Source of the DNA: a virus
Taxonomy: Duplodnaviria; Caudoviricetes
Direction: 5' to 3' (one strand)
Virus record (IMG/VR): IMGVR_UViG_3300006793_004421
Location: 1 to 58,555 of that record
DNA length: 58,555 nucleotides
The notes beneath the pieces were generated by a model. That model was given only the letters and a program-made list of their open reading frames with translations, ran no database searches and was not told the origin of the DNA. Positions 8,526 to 18,437 of this stretch are shown piece after piece. How positions within the stretch are numbered: the first letter of the stretch is position 1; each line of letters starts with the position of its first letter. Position numbers and translations under genes: made by a program.

Positions 8526-11500
8526 ATGTCAAAATTAAATATTAATATTGGTACAGAGGGTAACGATAATACTGGTGATAGTATTAGAGAAGCGTTTAGA
8601 AAAGCCAATGAAAACTTTACAGAACTTTATGCTGTATTTGGTATCGGCGGACAGATTAGCTTTACAAGTTTAAGCGATGTTCCAGATGTACTAACTGCAT
8701 ACACAGTACCACAAGCTAACGCAGAAGGATCAGCGATTGACTTCAAGACGCTAGTTGGCGGAACTGGAATGACTATTAATTCAACTAGTCCAAACCAAAT
8801 TGTTATCAGCAACACATCAAGTATTATTAGTACAGACGGACAACCAAGTTTAGGTGGTCCACTTAATGCGGCCAACCAGGCCATAGCAAACGCACCTGTT
8901 TCCCTAAGTGCAGTTAACGCATTGAATACAGTACATGGTACTAACTTTACTATTGATGATTTAATAATTAACAAAGGTTATGCTGACGGACGTTACTTGC
9001 GTTCAACAGGTTCACCTGGTGGCGAAGGACAAATTAGAGTTAGAGAAGAACCAGTTGATGCCGCGGCATACACTCTTAATATTACAAGTTTTGCAAACGG
9101 TAACGTTGTAACTAGTGGAGGACATGGATTCTCTACAACTGCAAATGGTATTAGCTACATTTATAATTCAACAGGTACAGATGCAACAGGGTTAACAACT
9201 GGTGTTAAGTATTACCTACGTTATGTAAGTGATACACAATTAAGTGTTCACACAACACTAGCAGAAGCACAGAACGATGATGACTTATCAAGAGTTAAAG
9301 TTGGTATTGTATCAGGTTCAGGTACTGGCACACAAACAATGGTTGACGCAGAGTATGATGCAACCTTAGCAGGATATTGGATTAGTACAGAAGCATTACC
9401 ACGTAAGAGTATTACTAGACGTGAAGGTGACACTATGTCAGGTGCATTGTACTTACATGATCACCCAGGCTCACAAGCAGGAGCAGGAGCGCCAGGTGGT
9501 ATTACAGACATGCAGGCGGCTACAAAATACTATGTAGACAATAGTGCATATCCTTCTAAAACAAATTTATTCGTAAGTACCAAAGGTGACGATACAATGG
9601 CTAACGTTCCAGTTGGTCAAGAAGGTCGTTCATGGAACTATTCATATGCTTCAGTTGCGGCCGCGGCGGCAAAAGCAGAAGAAGTTATTACTACAAGTCC
9701 TATTAAGATTGGACCTTACGCACAACACATTACATATGCATCAGGACAGAATAATTCAACTGTTGCTTCGTCAGGTGTTACAAGTTCAAGCGGTTACGAA
9801 GAAGTTAAAATTCTTACAGACGCAAACAAACAATTTATAATTGATGAAACTATTGCTTTCTTAGAAGCTACATATCCTACTTTACTTTATGATGCAACTC
9901 TATGTCGCAGAGACTTAGGATTTATTGCAGAAGGTATTGTATTAGATATACTAGATGGAACATTTGCAAACTACCACAGTAGAAATGCTGGATTAAGATA
10001 TTACAGTAGTGCAAGTGGGCAGATTGCTAGACGTACACAGTACACAGAAACAATAGCATCACTTAACTTTGCCAAAGCTCTACATGCTAAAGTTATTACT
10101 AACACACTAGAAACTAACTTATACCAGAGTGTTACTACACAGACTACAATTCCAGCACAAGTAGTTGACTTAGTTGGACAAACAGCAGTTGCGGCTAAAT
10201 GGGATATTATTAAAACAATAGTAACAGGACCAACTATAGCAAGTGCTCCACAACTAGTTGAAGGTAGTAGTTGGACTATTACTATTACTAACGGTGGACA
10301 AGGATTTGTTGATCAAAACATAGTTTCAAACCAAGACTTAGTTCCTGGTAAGATTATAACTTTTGAAACAAGTGGCGCAGTTGGTAGAATTGTATCAACA
10401 ACAAGAGGTGCATCAGTTGATACTATTGAAATAGAATTACTTGAACCAATTACTCCAGTAGTTGGTGAAGAAATGAATTACGGTAATGCGTTCTCAATTA
10501 AAGATATTAGCATACACGTTGAATCAGGAACATACTTTGAACAGTTTCCAATTAAGGTTCCAGCAGGTGTATCAATAAAAGGTGACGAGTTTAGACGTGT
10601 TAATATTAAACCAGCACCAGGACCAAGTACATCAATTTGGGCTGATAGTTATTTCTACAGAGAACCAACGTTTGACGGCCTTGCATTAAAAACAGAATAT
10701 AATCCAAATGCTGTTGAACTATTAACAGTTAATAAAGAATTCCTTAAAGACGAAGTTGTAGCTTGGATCGATGCACAGATTGTTATTAACACAGGTATAT
10801 GGAACGGCTTTACATACGATAGTCAAAAATGTGAAAGAGATGCAGGAATCATCATTGATGGTTTAATATATGATCTTCAATGGAGTGGTAATGAAAAGAC
10901 TCACTACAATGCATCAAGATATTACAATGGCGTAGTAAGTTTAGTAGCTGGCCAACAAGATCAGACTGCCGCGGCAATGGCACAGTTAAAACTGATTATT
11001 CAAAACTTTATTTTTGCTAACGCAACATACACAAGTTTACAAAGCCCTGTAAGAACAACACAAACAATTGATTCTACAGCAGGTGAAGCGGCGGCAAGTA
11101 CACAGGTTGGTACATTACTTGATATGGTTGGTGACGTTATTACTAACGGACTACCTAACTTACCAGCACTTGACTCACCAAGTTACGGTTACCATTACTT
11201 AACAGATTACAGTAACGCTTCAAGTACACCTAAAGACAACAAAGACATGGACGTCTTCTTAATGAATGACGCAACTATTATACGTAACATGAGTGTCCAA
11301 GGACACGGTGGGTTTATGTGTGTATTAGATCCAGAAGGTGTTGTACTTACTAAGTCACCATACATACAAACAGGTTCAAGTTTCTCACAGAGTATTAATA
11401 AACAAGCGTTTAGAGGCGGTATGTTTATTGACGGATTTGTTGGTAACTTAAGAACTGTTGTAAACAGTAAAACAGATAACTTCACACTAAACGTACAAAG

Positions 11501-14500
11501 TGCGGCAGGTGAAGGATTAAGAATTAAACGTCCGCAAGTACCAAGTCCTTTTTACATTAACGGCAAACGTCATCAAGTAAATGCTATTACTAGTTACGAC
11601 CAAGCGGCAGGTACTGCAACACTTATACTAGATCCAACATCAAATGATGGAACTGGTTTTGATCAACCAATGCCAACTAACATTGTATTACAAACAGCTG
11701 GTAACAGATCAATGTTGGCAAACGACTTTACACAAGTTAACGACTTAGGTTATGGTACTGTAGCTGTTAACACAGGACTTTCAGAACTTGTTTCACAGTT
11801 TACATATTATTGTCAAGCGGCATACTATGCAGGCAGTGGTTCAGAGATTAGATCACTTAACGGTTCTAACGCTTATGGTGAATACGGACTAGTAAGTACA
11901 GGTTCAGATCCAAACGAAATTCCAGACATTATTACAACAACTAATAGATTTACATCACCATTTAAAATCTTTGATGATGGTTCAGGATTTGATCATCCAG
12001 AAGACCAGTTGTTTATATATGCATACGACTTTGACGGTGTTCCAAGAACTAATTCAGAAATAGAAATTGATCATGGTGGATCACTAGGAACTACTAGATA
12101 CGAAATTACAACTGTTGAAGCAATAACACAACCTGGATCACCTCCGACTGGTGTTGTTAGTAACACAGTTTATAAATTAAACATGGCAACAACAGGTGCT
12201 AACCAAACTAGTACTACAGGACTTAAGGCAGTATTATCAAACGGCCAAATTGGTACTATTAGAGTTGGACAAACTGTTGAGCTATCAGGTGTTGATGTTG
12301 CTACAACTAGACCAAGTAGTGCATTGATATTTGATCAATCAGTTGAATCAATCTACAGAGTTATTAGCTTTAACACAACAAACGCACTAGGTACAGCATT
12401 ACCAAGTGGTACACAGCAAGTTAGACTTGATAGTACATACGAATATATTAAACTAGTTGTTGATGAAACAAATTCACAGTTAAACACACATGCTGGTACT
12501 GGTACTACAATGGGTGCTACAGCAGGCGATAATGTTATTGCTGTTGTTAGTATTTTCTCACAGAAACAATTAGATCAACTTAATGCAGGTGATATGATCT
12601 TTACCTGGAATGGTAAAACACATACTGTTACAGGCTATACACAAAGAACAGGCTTTGGTACAATTAGTATTCAAGACTTAGCTGGTACAGATATTAACTC
12701 ACCAGCATCAAGTCCAGGACTTGTAAGTTCAGTTTACAATGCAACCAACACAGTTACACTAAGAGTAGGTTTACGTGATGGTGAGGGTGGTAACATTACT
12801 GTTAACATTTCAACAACTAGAGCAACAGGACATGACTTCTTAAATATTGGTACAGGTGGATTTAACACAAGTAACTATCCAAACGTTGTATTAGGTGCAC
12901 CAACGCAACCTAAGGACGTATCAAGACAAGTTGACGAAAGAGATAAAGGTAGAGTATTCTACGTAAGTACAGACGAAGATGGATTCTTTAGAGTAGGTAA
13001 GTTCTTTACAGTTGACCAAGGTACTGGTACAGTTACATTTAGTGCTTCAATTGCATTGAGTAACTTAGATGGTATTGGATTTAAACGTGGTGTTGTTGTA
13101 GCAGAATTTAGTGCTGATGACGGCATGACAGATAATGCTACTGACACAGTTCCAGTTGAATCAGCAGTACGTGGTTACGTTGCAAGAAGATTAGGTTGGG
13201 ACCACGGTGGTAACCCATATGCTAACATTATTGGCCCAGGGGCATTAGCAAGAGATGGAACAACTTCTCTAACTGGTAACATTAATGCAGGTGGTAACAC
13301 ATTTACAAACTTATCAGATCCAGCTAACCCACAAGAAGCGGCAACCAAAAGTTACGTTGATAGTTTAATTGATGCAGGTGATACACTACCTGAAATGATT
13401 GACTTTGAAACTAATGGGTTGACAGGCAACCAAATGATTGCCACAACAGGATTGTTTAGAATTTATACACAACCAGCAACAGGTGGCAACTTCCAAAACG
13501 GTGATACTATTACAGGTAATGGATCAAGTGCAACAGGTACTATTGTAGATATTACAAATGTTACACGAGGCGGTGTTGCAGAAAACTTAATTGTATACAC
13601 AGCAGTAACAGGAACAATATTAAATTCAGACATTGTTGAAACAGCAGGCGGTGTGTCAGCACAAGTTACAACTGGTCCTATTATGGAGTTTGCAAACTTA
13701 GTTGAAACAGCAACTTCAGATATCAATGTTTTTGTTGCAAGAGATGTAAGTGGTGCAACAGTTGACTTTAGACTTAGAGCAGATAGTATTATTAATGCTG
13801 ATGTAAATGCAAGTGCAGGTATACAGCAAAGTAAACTAGCACTAGAAGAAGCAACTACAAGAGCTAATAGTACTGGCATTACACAAAACGATTTAGGTGT
13901 TGCTAGTTTTGACAGTGATATATTTACAGCTGACCAAGGTTGGATTACAATCGACAATGGTGCATTAGACTATAGAAAAATTATTAATATTGCAGACGGT
14001 ACTGTAATTGGTAGAGCGGCAGGTGACTCAAGTACAGGTGATGTAAGTGAAGTTCCATTTGCTACTATTGTTAGTGAAGGTGGCGGTGTACAAGAAGCTG
14101 TTAGTACAACAGGAGCAATAAACGCTCTTGTTAAAACAGATGCTTCAGGTGTAGCAACAGTACAAGGACTTAAAGTTGACAGTTACTTAGTAATGGATAC
14201 AAGTGGTACAGAGTTACAACTTTCAACTCCAGGTGGTGCATTGTTTATGACATCAGCAGGTACTGTTACTCCAACAGTTGAAATGCCTGGATCACTTAAC
14301 ATTGGTGCAACTGGTGTTACACAAGGATTCTTCCAAACTAACTCAGCACTAGCAGGCGAAAGTAGACTAGGTGTTGATTGGATACACAGTAGCTTTATTG
14401 AAGCACCGGGTGAACTTGATGCAAACTCAACAGGTATTGGTATTGGTGCTAACACAGGTTATAGTGCGGCAGGACAAATTGCTTTAATTAGTGATGGTGC

Positions 14501-15011
14501 TGTAATTGTTAAAACAACATCAACAGGATTTGAACCAGGATTAGATAACACATATAACATTGGTACAAGTTCAGCTAGATACAACACAGTTTATGCAGGT
14601 GTACTAAACGGTACATCAACACAATCACGTTACGCTGACTTGGCAGAGAACTACTTAGCAGATACAGAGTATGAAACAGGTACAGTATTAGTGTTTGGTG
14701 GAGATGAAGAAATAACTACAACAACTGCAAAAGGCGACAGACGAGTAGCTGGTGTTGTTTCTGAGAAACCGGGTTACTTAATGAACGGTGATTTAGAAGG
14801 TAGCTTTGTAACTGCTATTGCACTACAAGGTAGAGTTCCAGTTAAGGTACTTGGCACAGTTGAGCCAGGAGACTTAGTTGTAACATCAAGTATACCAGGA
14901 TACGGAATTGTCGATAACGATCCTAAAGTAGGAACTATTATAGGTAAGGCACTAGGGGCTAAGGAAGATCCCGAACGTGGAATTGTCGAAGTAGTTGTGG
15001 GGAGAGTATAA
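8526..15011 (+). CDS. Giant virion structural protein (baseplate/tail), 2161 aa, with C-terminal autoproteolytic chaperone-like domain
   Basis: N-terminal gp9/gp10-like INIGTEGNDNTGDSIREAFRKANENFTELY; AATKxYVD fibre motifs; C-terminal YADLAENY...GRVPVKV...GTIIGKAL (peptidase G2/IMC-like); two internal CxRD helical domains. Confidence 0.85.
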   Translation: MSKLNINIGTEGNDNTGDSIREAFRKANENFTELYAVFGIGGQISFTSLSDVPDVLTAYTVPQANAEGSAIDFKTLVGGTGMTINSTSPNQIVISNTSSIISTDGQPSLGGPLNAANQAIANAPVSLSAVNALNTVHGTNFTIDDLIINKGYADGRYLRSTGSPGGEGQIRVREEPVDAAAYTLNITSFANGNVVTSGGHGFSTTANGISYIYNSTGTDATGLTTGVKYYLRYVSDTQLSVHTTLAEAQNDDDLSRVKVGIVSGSGTGTQTMVDAEYDATLAGYWISTEALPRKSITRREGDTMSGALYLHDHPGSQAGAGAPGGITDMQAATKYYVDNSAYPSKTNLFVSTKGDDTMANVPVGQEGRSWNYSYASVAAAAAKAEEVITTSPIKIGPYAQHITYASGQNNSTVASSGVTSSSGYEEVKILTDANKQFIIDETIAFLEATYPTLLYDATLCRRDLGFIAEGIVLDILDGTFANYHSRNAGLRYYSSASGQIARRTQYTETIASLNFAKALHAKVITNTLETNLYQSVTTQTTIPAQVVDLVGQTAVAAKWDIIKTIVTGPTIASAPQLVEGSSWTITITNGGQGFVDQNIVSNQDLVPGKIITFETSGAVGRIVSTTRGASVDTIEIELLEPITPVVGEEMNYGNAFSIKDISIHVESGTYFEQFPIKVPAGVSIKGDEFRRVNIKPAPGPSTSIWADSYFYREPTFDGLALKTEYNPNAVELLTVNKEFLKDEVVAWIDAQIVINTGIWNGFTYDSQKCERDAGIIIDGLIYDLQWSGNEKTHYNASRYYNGVVSLVAGQQDQTAAAMAQLKLIIQNFIFANATYTSLQSPVRTTQTIDSTAGEAAASTQVGTLLDMVGDVITNGLPNLPALDSPSYGYHYLTDYSNASSTPKDNKDMDVFLMNDATIIRNMSVQGHGGFMCVLDPEGVVLTKSPYIQTGSSFSQSINKQAFRGGMFIDGFVGNLRTVVNSKTDNFTLNVQSAAGEGLRIKRPQVPSPFYINGKRHQVNAITSYDQAAGTATLILDPTSNDGTGFDQPMPTNIVLQTAGNRSMLANDFTQVNDLGYGTVAVNTGLSELVSQFTYYCQAAYYAGSGSEIRSLNGSNAYGEYGLVSTGSDPNEIPDIITTTNRFTSPFKIFDDGSGFDHPEDQLFIYAYDFDGVPRTNSEIEIDHGGSLGTTRYEITTVEAITQPGSPPTGVVSNTVYKLNMATTGANQTSTTGLKAVLSNGQIGTIRVGQTVELSGVDVATTRPSSALIFDQSVESIYRVISFNTTNALGTALPSGTQQVRLDSTYEYIKLVVDETNSQLNTHAGTGTTMGATAGDNVIAVVSIFSQKQLDQLNAGDMIFTWNGKTHTVTGYTQRTGFGTISIQDLAGTDINSPASSPGLVSSVYNATNTVTLRVGLRDGEGGNITVNISTTRATGHDFLNIGTGGFNTSNYPNVVLGAPTQPKDVSRQVDERDKGRVFYVSTDEDGFFRVGKFFTVDQGTGTVTFSASIALSNLDGIGFKRGVVVAEFSADDGMTDNATDTVPVESAVRGYVARRLGWDHGGNPYANIIGPGALARDGTTSLTGNINAGGNTFTNLSDPANPQEAATKSYVDSLIDAGDTLPEMIDFETNGLTGNQMIATTGLFRIYTQPATGGNFQNGDTITGNGSSATGTIVDITNVTRGGVAENLIVYTAVTGTILNSDIVETAGGVSAQVTTGPIMEFANLVETATSDINVFVARDVSGATVDFRLRADSIINADVNASAGIQQSKLALEEATTRANSTGITQNDLGVASFDSDIFTADQGWITIDNGALDYRKIINIADGTVIGRAAGDSSTGDVSEVPFATIVSEGGGVQEAVSTTGAINALVKTDASGVATVQGLKVDSYLVMDTSGTELQLSTPGGALFMTSAGTVTPTVEMPGSLNIGATGVTQGFFQTNSALAGESRLGVDWIHSSFIEAPGELDANSTGIGIGANTGYSAAGQIALISDGAVIVKTTSTGFEPGLDNTYNIGTSSARYNTVYAGVLNGTSTQSRYADLAENYLADTEYETGTVLVFGGDEEITTTTAKGDRRVAGVVSEKPGYLMNGDLEGSFVTAIALQGRVPVKVLGTVEPGDLVVTSSIPGYGIVDNDPKVGTIIGKALGAKEDPERGIVEVVVGRV

Positions 15012-15652
15012 TGGCACAACAAAACATAAACATTGGGTCAAGTGCTAACAAGGGTGATGGAGATCCGATTAGAGTTGCATTTACAAAAGTTAATGCAAAC
15101 TTTACAGATTTATTTGCAAGAGTAGTTGTACTTGAAGGCGGTGGCATTGCTGTTGCACAAGATATACAAGGTGATATTTTTGCACAAGATAGTTCACTAG
15201 CATACAACTCAGCTACTAATACATTTATTGGAAACTTTCAAGGACCACTTGACGGTGATGTAACAGGTTCAGTATTTGCTGACAATAGTACAGTATTAAT
15301 AGATGGTGTAGCAGGAACTATTAGTGCCGGAGCATTAACAGGTAACTTGCCAGCATTAGATGGTTCAGCACTAACAGGTGTTGTAACAGGTTCTAACACA
15401 GGAGTAATTAACTTCAATGGTGCTACATTAAATTTTGTAAGCACTACATTTAACGGTTTAGACTTTGCTGACTTAGGAACAACTCCAACTACACTAGCAG
15501 GTTATGGAATTACTGATGCGGCAACATCAGCACAGGGAGTCTTAGCGGCAAGTGCATTACAAGCAGAGACGATTACACTAACAACATTAAAAGCAGAAGT
15601 TGCGGCAAGTACTGACTTTGCAGACTATCAAACAAGAATAGCGGCACTATAA
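15011..15652 (+). CDS. Virion structural protein with gp9/gp10-like N-terminus
   Basis: INIGSSANKGDGDPIRVAFTKVNANFTDL and the PTTLAGYGITDA fibre motif. Confidence 0.8.
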   Translation: MAQQNINIGSSANKGDGDPIRVAFTKVNANFTDLFARVVVLEGGGIAVAQDIQGDIFAQDSSLAYNSATNTFIGNFQGPLDGDVTGSVFADNSTVLIDGVAGTISAGALTGNLPALDGSALTGVVTGSNTGVINFNGATLNFVSTTFNGLDFADLGTTPTTLAGYGITDAATSAQGVLAASALQAETITLTTLKAEVAASTDFADYQTRIAAL

Positions 15653-15685
15653 TGAGTACGATAAATATGAGTATAGGAAAACAAA

Positions 15686-18424
15686 ATGGCAAATAGAATA
15701 CCACTTATAGTTGACACATTAGATGACAACAAAATCAAAGAATTACCAGCAGGTGATAATTTAGATTTAGGTAACGCTGGGCTTACCAATGTTGGAAGTG
15801 TAAATGCTACAGACGTTACAATTAACGGAGTATCATTTAACAATCCATTTAGTGGTAACTACAACGACCTAACTAACAAACCAATTATTCCTGTTGTACC
15901 AAGTGCTATTAGTGCATTTGCTAACGATAGTGGATACTTAGTATTTGGTACTGACACTGATAGTATTCCAGAAGGACTTACTAACTTGTATCATTCAACT
16001 GCAAGAGTTGATGCTCGTATACAGTCAGCTAACTTATCAAGTTTAGGTAACGTTGATGCAGTTACATCAGCAGACGACGGCAAAGTTGTTTACTATAATC
16101 ACGAAACACAAACATTTAAATTTACAAACGTTGTTACTGAATCAGATAACTTGCAGTCAATACTTACAAGAGGTAACACTAGTGATAAAGATATTATTAC
16201 AACAGGTAAAGTATATTATCAAAACGTGTGGGCTACAATCGATGATTTACCAAGTCCAAGTACATACCATGGCATGTTCGTACATGTTCATAGTACAGGC
16301 AAAGCATATTATTCACATGCAGGTGAATGGAAAGTATTACAAAACGAAGGTGAAAACTTTACATCATTTAGCGTAGGTGCTGATGACTCAACATTAAGAA
16401 GCATTGGTAACGGAGAATCATTTAAAATTTCCGGTGGCACAGGTATTAGTACTTCAAGTACAGCTGAAGGCGACATTACTATTACGTTAGGTAACTTAAC
16501 AGATTTAGCAAACGTAAGTGCAGGAGCTCCAAGCAACGGACAAGCACTAGTTTGGAACAACGCACAAACAAGATGGGAACCAGGAAACGTAGCTGGTGGT
16601 ATTTCAGACATTGGTGACTTAGGTGACGTTGATGTTACAGTAACAACACCAGTAGACAACTATGTATTAAGTTGGGACAATGGTAACAGTTATTGGCGTC
16701 CTAGAGCATTAAACAACTTAGATGCTTCAACAGTTACTACACAATTAGATAGTACAGCGGCAAACCATTACATTCCGTTTGTTGCGGCAGGTAGTGCAAG
16801 TCAACAAGCATTGAGAACAGATGCTGGTATTACTTACAATCCTAGTACTAATGTTATTTCACTTAATACTATTGTTGCAACAACTGAAATACAAACTAGC
16901 GGATTAGCAGTTACAGGTAACATAACAGGTACAGCTTCTGAAGTTAACTTTGCAGATGCAGTTAGATTAACAAGTGGTAAAGAATTAAGATTATATGACA
17001 CAGCTAACGTTAAGTATAACGCATTCAAAAGTCCAGCGGCACTAACAACTAGTGTTTCATGGACATTACCAGACGGCGACGGTACTACTAACCAAATTTT
17101 AAAAACAGACGGTAGTGGAAACTTAGCTTGGACAGATAACAACGCAGGCGGAAATTCATTTAGTACAATAATTGTATCAGGACAAAACAATGTTGTTGCA
17201 GATACTGCAAACGACTCATTAACTCTTGTAGCTGGTACTAACGTAACAATTACAACTAATGATTCTACAGACACAATTACTATTAACGCATCAGGCGGCG
17301 GTGGAGGAGGAACTCCAGGTGGTAGTGATACACAAGTACAATTTAATGACGGTGGTACATTTGGTGGCGATTCAGATCTAACTTATAACAAAACTACTAA
17401 TACACTAACTGGTGTTAATTTAATAGCAACTGGTAAAATTGAAGCACCAGAAATATTTTCAAGCTCAACTGGTATTCCAACTATTACTAGTGCAAGTAAT
17501 ATTATACTTGATGCGGCCAATGCTGTTGTATTACAAAAAACAGTACTAAGATTAGGATCGTATGATACTAACGGATTAGCAACACTAACTGGACAAGCAG
17601 GTGATGTAGTTTACAACAGTTCAGAAAAACAAATGCAATTCTGGGATGGTACAGCATGGAAATCATCTAGTGATACTTTTAGATTTAGTGTTGGTGCAGA
17701 TGACTCTACACTAAGAGAAGTAAGCAATCAAGAAAGCATTAAATTTATTGGCGGAACAAATGTTACAACATCAAGTGATGCTGAAGGTAACATAACAATT
17801 AATGCAAGTGGTGGCGGAAGTTATGGCAACAGTGATGTTGACACACACTTAAACCAAAGTAATCCAACAAGTGGTTACGTTCTTTCTTGGAACGGCTCAG
17901 ACTATGCTTGGGTAGATAACGCTACGGCTGTAAGTGTTGCTCTTAACGATATTTCAAACGTAACAGCACCAAGTCCAAGTACTAATGATTACTTAAAATG
18001 GAATGGAAGTGCATGGGTTAACGATGCTATTTCAGGAATTAGTATTAGTTCTCCAAGTGCAGGCGACATGGTTTATTACAATGGTACTGCTTGGACGGCA
18101 ACACAAGGTCCAGTATACTATTACACAGTATCATCAAATGGATCAAGTGCATACAGATTTGCAGGACCAGGTGTTGGTGCATCGACAGATAATCCAAACC
18201 TAACATTATACAAAGGTGCTACATATGTCTTTAATAACACTACTGGTTCAGGACATCCATTTGCTATTAGAGTAAGCAGTGGTGGTGCTTCATTTACAGA
18301 AGGTGTTAGTGGATCAACAACAGGAACACAAACATTTACAGTACCACATGAACCAAGTGATACAACATTGGTATATCAGTGTACTATTCACGGGGGCATG
18401 GTAGGTAACTTAACGATAGTTTAG
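15686..18424 (+). CDS. Tail fibre-like protein with C-terminal cupredoxin-like domain
   Basis: Fibre repeats (FSVGADDSTLR twice; LxWNG); C-terminal GHPF...YQCTIHGGM. Confidence 0.8.
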   Translation: MANRIPLIVDTLDDNKIKELPAGDNLDLGNAGLTNVGSVNATDVTINGVSFNNPFSGNYNDLTNKPIIPVVPSAISAFANDSGYLVFGTDTDSIPEGLTNLYHSTARVDARIQSANLSSLGNVDAVTSADDGKVVYYNHETQTFKFTNVVTESDNLQSILTRGNTSDKDIITTGKVYYQNVWATIDDLPSPSTYHGMFVHVHSTGKAYYSHAGEWKVLQNEGENFTSFSVGADDSTLRSIGNGESFKISGGTGISTSSTAEGDITITLGNLTDLANVSAGAPSNGQALVWNNAQTRWEPGNVAGGISDIGDLGDVDVTVTTPVDNYVLSWDNGNSYWRPRALNNLDASTVTTQLDSTAANHYIPFVAAGSASQQALRTDAGITYNPSTNVISLNTIVATTEIQTSGLAVTGNITGTASEVNFADAVRLTSGKELRLYDTANVKYNAFKSPAALTTSVSWTLPDGDGTTNQILKTDGSGNLAWTDNNAGGNSFSTIIVSGQNNVVADTANDSLTLVAGTNVTITTNDSTDTITINASGGGGGGTPGGSDTQVQFNDGGTFGGDSDLTYNKTTNTLTGVNLIATGKIEAPEIFSSSTGIPTITSASNIILDAANAVVLQKTVLRLGSYDTNGLATLTGQAGDVVYNSSEKQMQFWDGTAWKSSSDTFRFSVGADDSTLREVSNQESIKFIGGTNVTTSSDAEGNITINASGGGSYGNSDVDTHLNQSNPTSGYVLSWNGSDYAWVDNATAVSVALNDISNVTAPSPSTNDYLKWNGSAWVNDAISGISISSPSAGDMVYYNGTAWTATQGPVYYYTVSSNGSSAYRFAGPGVGASTDNPNLTLYKGATYVFNNTTGSGHPFAIRVSSGGASFTEGVSGSTTGTQTFTVPHEPSDTTLVYQCTIHGGMVGNLTIV

Positions 18425-18437
18425 AGGAACATAGACC

